Source of the DNA: Calothrix sp. NIES-2100
GTDB lineage: Bacteria; Cyanobacteriota; Cyanobacteriia; Cyanobacteriales; Nostocaceae
NCBI GenBank assembly: GCA_002368195.1
Contig: AP018178.1
Location: forward strand, 5,209,286 to 5,273,285
Reading direction: 5' to 3'
Length of the DNA: 64,000 nucleotides
Below are positions 1 to 7,773 of the stretch, piece after piece; positions within the stretch are counted from its first letter, which is position 1, and each line of letters opens with the position of its first letter. The notes below the pieces were generated by a model. It had not been told where the DNA came from. It worked only from the letters and a program-made list of their open reading frames with translations, and ran no database searches. Both the position numbers and the translations under genes were made by a program.

Positions 1-204
1 CTATTTTTTTGCGTAAATACTACAAGTCATTCCTGTATATCAAAAGACTTAATTACCCCGGATATCACAGTGAAGGTTGAAATTGTCTATTTAAATGCGA
101 TCGCAGAAACTTGAATGTATATTTTTATAACATATTTAAGCTACAAACCAGTCTGTAAAAATTAGATCCGGTAACATCTAAAATTAATTCAATCTATCAA
201 AATT

Positions 205-1878
205 ATGAGTGAAATCCATCTACGTCAAATCAAGTCTTACCTGCAAAAAACATTTAATGATTTGATTGACTTGTCAGATTATCAAAACAAATCTGAAGCA
301 GATAGAGAGTTAATTTTATTAACAAGAAGTCTAGCTGCATTTACATTGATGGTATTAGCTGATATTTCTCCTCAAGAAGCAGCAAAATCAATAGTTGATG
401 GTGGACAAGATAATGGAATAGATGCCATTTATTTTGACAGAAGAGAAAAAATAATGTATGTATTACAATCCAAATGGAAACAGGAAAGTAAAGGAAGTAT
501 AAAAACAGATGAAGTGATGAAATTCACTCGAGGATTTAAAGACTTAGTGAATGCTAGATATGATAGGTTTAACTCAAAACTCAATAACAAAACTCAAGAT
601 ATTGAGGAAGCACTTAATGACGCAGGAACAAGATTTGAAATAATTCTTGTCTATTCAGGACAAACTCCCCTAGCAGATGAGCCTAAAAGAGAATTTGATG
701 ATTTACTAGGTGAGATGAACGATTCATCAGATATAGTCAGTATGAGAGTTCTTAACCAATCAAATATATATAACATAATATCTCAAGGAGCATCTGGCAA
801 TCCTATAAATTTAGATGTTTGCCTTTTTGATTGGGGACAAACTAAAGAACCTTATCAATCTTATTATGGCCAAGTTTCTGCAAGAGAAGTAGCTGATTGG
901 TGGACTAAACATTCTCCTAAATTGTTCTCTTCAAATATTAGACTATTCGTCAAAGATAGTGAAGTCAATGAAGGTATTATCAATACAGTTAAAAAAGAAC
1001 CGGAAAAATTTTGGTATTATAATAATGGTATAACAGCTTTATGTTCTAGTATTGGCAAAAAACCACTTGGAGGTAGTGGAAGAGATACAGGTATATTTGA
1101 ATGCAAAGATGTGAAAATAGTCAATGGTGCTCAGACTGTTGGTTCAATAGCAAGAGCATATCAAAATTCTCCTGAGCAAGTTGAAAAAGCAAGAGTTCAC
1201 ATTCGTTTTATATCTTTAGAAAATTGCCCTGAAGCATTTGCTACAGAGATAACTAGATTCAACAATACTCAAAATAGAATTGATCGTCGAGAATTTGTGG
1301 CTCTCGATCCTGAGCAAGAAAGAATCAAAAATGAACTTCATTTAGAGGGAATTATTTATACTTATAAGTCAGGTGAATCAATTCCAGATGGACAAAAAGG
1401 TTTTGATTTAAATGAAGCTACGATTAGTCGAGCATGTAAACAGAATGAGGTTTCTTTCGCCACAAGAGTTAAAGATAAAATTGGTGTTTTATGGGAAGAT
1501 ATAGAAAAACCCCCATACAAAACTCTATTTAATAGATCGGTGAATGGTTCTAATCTTTGGAAATTAGTTCAAATACTAAGAGTAGTAGAGAAGAAGTTAT
1601 CAGAAGTACAAAAACAACGAGATGGAAGAGAAAAGTTATTTGCTACTCATAGTAATCGTCTCGTTCTACACTTAGTTTACAAAGCTCTACCAGATAATTT
1701 TTTTAGTATATCATCTGATTTAACCCCAGAAGAAATTGATGATATTGAATCTATAACCTCAAAGTTCTTGGGCAGTATTATGAGTGAAAGTAGCAACCTA
1801 TTTCCAAGTTCCTATCCGGCAAATATCTTCAGAAATGTCACAAAATGCCAAGAAATTATTGAAAGAATTTTAAATTGA
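205..1878 (+). CDS. AIPR-family abortive infection (Abi) phage-resistance protein
   Basis: 557-aa ORF. The N-terminal region carries a DGGQDNGIDAIYFD motif and the central region a VNGAQTVGS motif, both characteristic of AIPR (PF10592-type) proteins. The gene is markedly AT-rich and contains no HIP1 (GCGATCGC) sites, unlike the surrounding genome. Confidence 0.6.
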   Translation: MSEIHLRQIKSYLQKTFNDLIDLSDYQNKSEADRELILLTRSLAAFTLMVLADISPQEAAKSIVDGGQDNGIDAIYFDRREKIMYVLQSKWKQESKGSIKTDEVMKFTRGFKDLVNARYDRFNSKLNNKTQDIEEALNDAGTRFEIILVYSGQTPLADEPKREFDDLLGEMNDSSDIVSMRVLNQSNIYNIISQGASGNPINLDVCLFDWGQTKEPYQSYYGQVSAREVADWWTKHSPKLFSSNIRLFVKDSEVNEGIINTVKKEPEKFWYYNNGITALCSSIGKKPLGGSGRDTGIFECKDVKIVNGAQTVGSIARAYQNSPEQVEKARVHIRFISLENCPEAFATEITRFNNTQNRIDRREFVALDPEQERIKNELHLEGIIYTYKSGESIPDGQKGFDLNEATISRACKQNEVSFATRVKDKIGVLWEDIEKPPYKTLFNRSVNGSNLWKLVQILRVVEKKLSEVQKQRDGREKLFATHSNRLVLHLVYKALPDNFFSISSDLTPEEIDDIESITSKFLGSIMSESSNLFPSSYPANIFRNVTKCQEIIERILN

Positions 1879-1916
1879 AGTTGCTTTAAAAAATTTCAAA
1901 ACTTTTTATACAACTT

Positions 1917-2459
1917 TTATCTAATATTTACTGCAGTGACGTTACTACGGAATCGTACCATTTCCTCACTTGCATGAAAATGTAATGCTATTTCTGTCTG
2001 TTTCATTTGACGCTGAACAGCCCAAAGTAAACCCCGCCGAGGAATCTGAAGACAACTACCTAAATAAGTAGCTTCATCTTCATCGCTCTGTCGGCGCAAA
2101 GGAAGCCCAGTATTTGGATCGAAGCGGACAATTTTATGTCTTAATAACAGGTGTCCAAACTCATGCATCAGGTTCGACTCACGCCTCGCGGGTGTATGGA
2201 GTGGGTTGTTTACAATCCAGAGTGGGCTTTGATTGATAATTCCTGCTGACCATTGGTCGCTATCGAGCAATATCTTTACTACACAAGGATCTAAGTTGGG
2301 AATCTGTTCCGGTGTCAAAATTTTGGCATTTAGTTGAACTGCCAGTATATCTGCTGGTAATGGGTCAAATGCCCGTAAGTTTAATAAACTACGTTGCTCA
2401 GTGGCAATGCCTTCACACTTTTGCCTAAACTCAGTTGGTAATGTCTCTGTTAGTGCCAT
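1917..2459 (-). CDS. ImmA/IrrE-family zinc metallopeptidase
   Basis: 180-aa ORF with an HEXXH motif (HEFGHLLLRH). It lies immediately downstream of, and co-oriented with, an XRE HTH gene, which is the classic ImmR/ImmA arrangement. Confidence 0.65.
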   Translation of the reverse strand: MALTETLPTEFRQKCEGIATEQRSLLNLRAFDPLPADILAVQLNAKILTPEQIPNLDPCVVKILLDSDQWSAGIINQSPLWIVNNPLHTPARRESNLMHEFGHLLLRHKIVRFDPNTGLPLRRQSDEDEATYLGSCLQIPRRGLLWAVQRQMKQTEIALHFHASEEMVRFRSNVTAVNIR

Positions 2460-2477
2460 ATTCTTATAATCCGGCTA

Positions 2478-2840
2478 TTAATTGTCGCTTTTTTGAGCAT
2501 TATCGCGAGACGCTGCTTTGACTAATTCTGCTAGTGCATTCGCTATTGCCGGATCGAGTTTTTTCGATGCTCGCAATTGAATTTCTATTGTCTCTAATGT
2601 ATTAAAGTCGGAGGGAGCTTCGGATTCTTCTGTTTTCTTAAATAGTTCAGATGGTGGCACTTGTAGCCAATTGCAAAGTAATAAAAAGGTTTCCATATCG
2701 GGCATTTTGCCATTTTCTACCCGTGAGAGTGTAGCAGAACTAATATTACCTATTTCTTTAGCTGTATCTCGCAAACCCTTGCTCCCTCGCTTCGTCTTCA
2801 CCATTGCACCCAATAAAGCTGTGTCTAAGTTGTATCCCAT
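2478..2840 (-). CDS. XRE-family helix-turn-helix transcriptional regulator
   Basis: 120-aa ORF with an HTH_3-like segment (LRDTAKEIGNISSATLSRVENGK). It is paired with the ImmA-like peptidase and is divergent from the downstream three-gene operon. Confidence 0.7.
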   Translation of the reverse strand: MGYNLDTALLGAMVKTKRGSKGLRDTAKEIGNISSATLSRVENGKMPDMETFLLLCNWLQVPPSELFKKTEESEAPSDFNTLETIEIQLRASKKLDPAIANALAELVKAASRDNAQKSDN

Positions 2841-2988
2841 AGGTTTTTTGTTGCTTTTATGAAACGCTTTGCTTTATTGTATCACTCAGCTATAGTTATT
2901 ATGTATTCTTTATGTATATACGATTAACAGTGTTTCATTTAAGATACGAAATTCATCCAAAACTAATTTTATACAAGGGAGGTACTGC

Positions 2989-4140
2989 TTGGATAATAGC
3001 GAAATCATCTTATTTGATTTCTTGGTTGTTGGGTTAGCAGAGTTTTTGCGTTTAGATACTCTAGACCAAATCCCTAAATACCCCTACCCTGATTTTTTAC
3101 AGCGTGCCTCCAACACTCTGGCATTGAAAATGACAAGTATTCCGTATCCGCGTACTTTAGAAGGTCTTTTTAGTCTTTTAGAAAAACCCTTGCAAACATG
3201 GTATCCACTGGCGATACCGAAAGAGTTTGATTCAGAATATGGCTTGATTTACGATAAAGCGCTAAGTGAAGAAGCAAGTCAATATTTCTACGAACAGTTG
3301 GTAAAACGAGGGCAATTGCCTGAGTTTGCTTCTGTGAAAATACAGCAAATTGCGCTGGAAAACTTTCTATTTCAGAGGCTGCTGGAGAGACTGCAAGAAG
3401 CCAATGAAAAGGATGCTGAACGCGCTGTGCAAGAATATGTTTTGCTGCGGCGATTCTTAATTGAGAATCCTTATACTACTTTAGAGAGCCTACGCAAGAC
3501 CTTTTCTAAAACACGTTACATATCTATTAATGATGTGGGCGAACTGTACGAAGACTGTAAAGAAAATGAATCTTATTGGTGTTGCGATCGCTGCGGCCCT
3601 TTGATTAAAAAACATGGGCATTTACGTAGCATTAAGCCAAGCGTCTGCAACGATCATCGGAAAAACTTGTCTCATGTCCGGCGTATTTATTGGAAGCAAG
3701 GTCTGCGTCGTCTCAAGTTTGGTATTCATTGGCGTGTCTGTTTGCCTGGAATCCCAGAGATAAATCTGTTCGAGGCTTTAAAAAAGCTGCATCAACAACA
3801 GCCAGAATATCTTTGTGAAGTTCAACTTTGGCCTGGTATTGACCGTTACGACTTGCAACTACGTTTTGGTGATGGTTCAATGTGGGCTGTAGATGTCAAA
3901 GACTACCGAAATCCCTATGATTTGGCTTTGCAACTGAAGCCGATATTTGGGGAAGGCGATTTGCACTACGACGAAAGTTTTTATGTGATTCCTAACCATC
4001 GTCTGCGTCAACGCCAAGATTACATTGATATCTTGCGTGAAGAAGCAACAGGATTGCCAAAAAGTACCCATCTTTTCAGCGATAGAGCTTTTGAAGAACG
4101 AGTCAGCACTAAGATAATGCACCTGAGTAAAGGGAAATAG
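2989..4140 (+). CDS. PD-(D/E)xK (restriction-endonuclease fold) nuclease-like protein with Cys-rich insert. Candidate REase component of a pPIWI-RE-type module
   Basis: 383-aa ORF. A candidate catalytic motif FGDGSMWAVDVKDY fits the D...(D/E)xK pattern. A Cys/His cluster (CCDRCGP...H...CNDH) suggests a Zn ribbon. There is a 4-bp gap to the next gene, indicating an operon. Confidence 0.4.
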   Translation: MDNSEIILFDFLVVGLAEFLRLDTLDQIPKYPYPDFLQRASNTLALKMTSIPYPRTLEGLFSLLEKPLQTWYPLAIPKEFDSEYGLIYDKALSEEASQYFYEQLVKRGQLPEFASVKIQQIALENFLFQRLLERLQEANEKDAERAVQEYVLLRRFLIENPYTTLESLRKTFSKTRYISINDVGELYEDCKENESYWCCDRCGPLIKKHGHLRSIKPSVCNDHRKNLSHVRRIYWKQGLRRLKFGIHWRVCLPGIPEINLFEALKKLHQQQPEYLCEVQLWPGIDRYDLQLRFGDGSMWAVDVKDYRNPYDLALQLKPIFGEGDLHYDESFYVIPNHRLRQRQDYIDILREEATGLPKSTHLFSDRAFEERVSTKIMHLSKGK

Positions 4141-4144
4141 CATT

Positions 4145-7100
4145 ATGAGTCAAATGACATTATTTGAGCCACCTGTTATTTTTACAGAACGTATCAAAGA
4201 ATTGAAAGATAACTCTGAGCTAAATCGAGAGCAAGCCCAATCATTACTTCAGGTGGAACTTGGCTTTGCCTTGATGGAGTGTTTAGGAATCGATGATGAA
4301 CCAGTAATAGCAGTTTGGGCAATACTCAGTGGTATGCCTTTGCGACATCCAAGGTTACAAAACTTAGATGAAAGTCAGAAGCGTGCAGTTGCTAACGCTC
4401 GGCAAATTATCCCATTTTCTGCACGTTTTGCATGGTTGGGGGCATTACGTTTTTATATCCGCAATATTCCGCAAAACTGGCGTAATTATGATTTTAATAT
4501 CCAAGACTTAGATTCTCAGATTATTCATGCAGCAAAAGGTCTGCGCCATCAAGTCCACCAAAATTTATATGAAAACTGTCTGAGTGCCGATTTGGAGTTT
4601 CGCCAACGCAGGGCTGAACCAGTAAAGGCAGGAGTTCCCTACCAATTCCAGGCAAAGACAGAAAAAGAAACAGTCACAATGCAAGTACAGTTCACACCAG
4701 AACATTTAAGTAGTGCAAGACAACAGCCTTGGTTTCCCACACCACGCGATCGCAATCCTTTTTCAGTGCGAATTTCAGATTTAGAGTCAGATGCAGAGTT
4801 CCTCGATCGCCGCGAACAGTTACTAGCACGCCGATATGGATGGCATGAAACACAAAAAGGACACTGGGTAAGCCGCTTTCGCAAAATCAACTTTCACAAA
4901 ATTCAGGAAGACGGGACGCTGAGCGATCGCAATACAGAACCACTAGATTTGGATGGTTTTGTACATATTGCGGGACAGGTTGCTTCTGGGAAGTCTACCC
5001 TGTCAACTTTGCTTGCTGTTAATGTATTACGAAATCACCCCGACCGCCGCATCACCTTAGTTGTCAGTGATGTACAGTCAGCAATTCGGTTAGCAAATCA
5101 AATTAATTGGTGGTTCTGTGACGATCCAGAAAACGATGAGCCAGTTGCAGTACCGTTATTAGGACGCACTAAACGAGACGCGCACCTGAAAAGCTTCTAT
5201 GCCTCAAAAGACTTTCAGGAACACTGGCAACGCGGACAACCACACTGGGGCGATCGCTTTTTGGGAACGGCTTGTGCTTTGCAAGGACTCCTACAAGCTA
5301 GCGACATCTTCGACCGTTTGCATGGTAAGCCACTCATACCTGGAACTGAGCCATGTCATGCTTTGAAAGAAGCACCAGAAAGCGAAAGCAAGCGTAAAAA
5401 ACAAAACAATAACCCTGGTGTGTCTCACTTGTGTCCGTTTTTTGCTACTTGCCCATCAAAGCAAGTCTATCGTGATATGCCAAATGCCCGTGTTTGGATT
5501 ACAACTCCAGGCGCAATGGCAATGGCTGGTTTACCGCGTCATCTAGAATTGCGTCCCATCAAGATAGGGGAACTCGTTTATCTACATTCCGATATTGTTG
5601 TGTTTGATGAAGTAGACACAGTTATTAAGTGGTTTGATGACGTATATGCTGAGAAAGTTTTATTGACCAATGGTGGTGTTTTTGATGACATTGGGGTACA
5701 AACTGAAGATTACATGAGATTCAACCGTGTTACCCCACCATTGATGCAGCGATGGACAACCGCAGAACGTCATGTACAAAGTGTAGTTACAGCAACTTTA
5801 ACCCTATTGGATAAGCGTTTAGGACACGAGTTTTTACGTAAATGGATAGAACGTGGCTACTTTACACCTAATTCTCTTCTGTATAAATTTTCTCGTCGCC
5901 TAGCTGGACTTGAAGAGTTAGATTCTCCTGATGTCACTGAGCAAGAAATTAAGGCTAATAATCGACGCGTACAGCAGATAATGCGAAATTTTGACGCATT
6001 ACTTGATGATGACCCTTTACTTGGGCAACCTCGTCCCAATTCTAAAGTTCAGAGACTGGCACTTCTGATTCAACAGATTAATAGTATTGGCGAAAGTGCT
6101 ACCGACGATAGTATTTATCGTGCTTGCAAAGCCTGGATAGTTGATTTTTTCCCCAAAACAGGAAAAAGGTTAGCACGACTGCGAGAACAACTGGAAAAAC
6201 GTCAAAACAATTCACAGCAGACAGCTAAGAAAAAACGGCGGAAGTCCTCAAAACAGGAGGAAGAATCAGATCCCGTAGACACCCTCGAAACCCTAGCTTA
6301 TCGTTTACAGTTTGCCCTGACCATCACCCTTTTAGATCGGCACACGCGCATTGTTTTTTATGAATGGCATCATCGACCACCCACTTTAGATGACGAGCCA
6401 CCACATCGTCGGATGCCGACAGCAATGTTAAATATTTTACCGTTACCACCAACAGGAAGGCAGTTTGGTACCTACTATTCCCGCAAAGATGACAATCACA
6501 ACCAATCTGAAAACAGTAGCGATAATGCCTTATCTTTGTTTGCCTATACCAATATTGGTCGTTACTATGTTTTGAACTTTCATCGCTTGCTGACAGACTT
6601 GGATGGTCAACGCGGCCCCAACGTCTTGGCATTATCAGGAACTTCTTATCTACGAGATTCCACTAAGTTTCATGTGGGTAATCCCCAGGGTATTTTAATG
6701 CCAGAGCCGAGTGCAACAGAAGCGATCGCCCAAAGCCGTTTTAAGTTTTTACCTCAATCGAACCGCAAAGATGAACCTATCCGTATTTCTGGGACACCAG
6801 AACGCCAAAAGATGGGAATGTTTAAAGAGATGGCACAAGCATTAGTTGGTAACAACGGTAGTAGCGATTTAGGACAGGAACTTGAGGAATTGAAACAGCT
6901 TGGCCAGAGCAATCCAGATTTTTGGCAGGATAGGGAACGCATACTATTACTCGTTAATTCCTACGATCAGGCGCGATGGGTAGCAGACGAAATCCGTCAA
7001 TGTTGGTGGGGTATGCGGGAGCAAGTTTACCATTTGCAGCGCGATCGCACAGAAACTCTGACCGAGGATGACATCAACTATCTCTCAAGGATGGAAGTTG

Positions 7101-7768
7101 GTGCGCTCAACCGTGCTGACATCGAAACTTTCGCACTGACTGGCGGTAAAATCCTGGCTGCACCGATAAGTGCAATGGGGCGCGGATTCAACATTTTGAA
7201 TGCCAATGGTAAAGCGGCTTTCGGTGCGGTTTACTTTCTCACCCGTCCCTATCCTCATCCCCATGATACTCAAGCGATCGCTCAAGAAATCAACCGTCGT
7301 GCTTTGGATTGGGTAGAAGATGCGAATTTCGTGGCTTGGGAAAAAGACGGAATTTTAGGGCGTGCGGAAGCTGTGCGCCAATTGGCTGCACGTTACTGGC
7401 GATCGGTAGAACATCGTTCTTACTACAAAACACTGTATAAAAATGAAGAATTACGCGCCTTTCCCCGTCAAGACTTAGCTGCGACTACGGCTGGCGTAAT
7501 CGTTCAAGCCGTAGGTCGCCTTTTACGCGGAGGTGTTCCCTTTCACGCTTACTTTGTTGATGCTGCTTGGGGGCCAAACTATGCCAAAGAGCAACAGCTT
7601 GATACACCACGTACCAGTTTACTAGCAGCAATCATCGATTTGCTTTGTGATTATGTTGATGAAGATACGATAAGTAAGGCTTTATACCAATCAATTGCAG
7701 ATGCTTTGGTTAATATCGATGGCTTCAACTGGGAAATAGATGCAAGAGATAGATCAAGAGATAGATAA
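4145..7768 (+). CDS. Superfamily-2 helicase, DinG/Rad3-like, with unknown ~270-aa N-terminal domain
   Basis: 1207-aa ORF. Walker A is GQVASGKST, Walker B/motif II is IVVFDEVDTV, and motif VI is VQAVGRLLRGG (the Q-x-x-G-R-x-x-R pattern of Rad3/DinG-type helicases). It sits in a tight operon between the nuclease-like gene and the 982-aa gene. Confidence 0.7.
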   Translation: MSQMTLFEPPVIFTERIKELKDNSELNREQAQSLLQVELGFALMECLGIDDEPVIAVWAILSGMPLRHPRLQNLDESQKRAVANARQIIPFSARFAWLGALRFYIRNIPQNWRNYDFNIQDLDSQIIHAAKGLRHQVHQNLYENCLSADLEFRQRRAEPVKAGVPYQFQAKTEKETVTMQVQFTPEHLSSARQQPWFPTPRDRNPFSVRISDLESDAEFLDRREQLLARRYGWHETQKGHWVSRFRKINFHKIQEDGTLSDRNTEPLDLDGFVHIAGQVASGKSTLSTLLAVNVLRNHPDRRITLVVSDVQSAIRLANQINWWFCDDPENDEPVAVPLLGRTKRDAHLKSFYASKDFQEHWQRGQPHWGDRFLGTACALQGLLQASDIFDRLHGKPLIPGTEPCHALKEAPESESKRKKQNNNPGVSHLCPFFATCPSKQVYRDMPNARVWITTPGAMAMAGLPRHLELRPIKIGELVYLHSDIVVFDEVDTVIKWFDDVYAEKVLLTNGGVFDDIGVQTEDYMRFNRVTPPLMQRWTTAERHVQSVVTATLTLLDKRLGHEFLRKWIERGYFTPNSLLYKFSRRLAGLEELDSPDVTEQEIKANNRRVQQIMRNFDALLDDDPLLGQPRPNSKVQRLALLIQQINSIGESATDDSIYRACKAWIVDFFPKTGKRLARLREQLEKRQNNSQQTAKKKRRKSSKQEEESDPVDTLETLAYRLQFALTITLLDRHTRIVFYEWHHRPPTLDDEPPHRRMPTAMLNILPLPPTGRQFGTYYSRKDDNHNQSENSSDNALSLFAYTNIGRYYVLNFHRLLTDLDGQRGPNVLALSGTSYLRDSTKFHVGNPQGILMPEPSATEAIAQSRFKFLPQSNRKDEPIRISGTPERQKMGMFKEMAQALVGNNGSSDLGQELEELKQLGQSNPDFWQDRERILLLVNSYDQARWVADEIRQCWWGMREQVYHLQRDRTETLTEDDINYLSRMEVGALNRADIETFALTGGKILAAPISAMGRGFNILNANGKAAFGAVYFLTRPYPHPHDTQAIAQEINRRALDWVEDANFVAWEKDGILGRAEAVRQLAARYWRSVEHRSYYKTLYKNEELRAFPRQDLAATTAGVIVQAVGRLLRGGVPFHAYFVDAAWGPNYAKEQQLDTPRTSLLAAIIDLLCDYVDEDTISKALYQSIADALVNIDGFNWEIDARDRSRDR

Positions 7769-7773
7769 AGAGT

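Noticed and set aside
2671-2862. 63-aa plus-strand ORF overlapping the XRE regulator gene.
   Set aside because: It is antisense to a well-supported HTH gene and has low-complexity composition.
4639-7285. Several 60-100-aa minus-strand ORFs inside the helicase gene (4639-4890, 5857-6039, 6324-6632, 6754-6942, 7085-7285). Similar plus-strand ORFs lie inside the 1780-aa gene (14485-18868).
   Set aside because: They are antisense or shadow ORFs within long, well-supported coding regions. They are Cys/Ser/Arg-rich, which is typical of out-of-frame translation.
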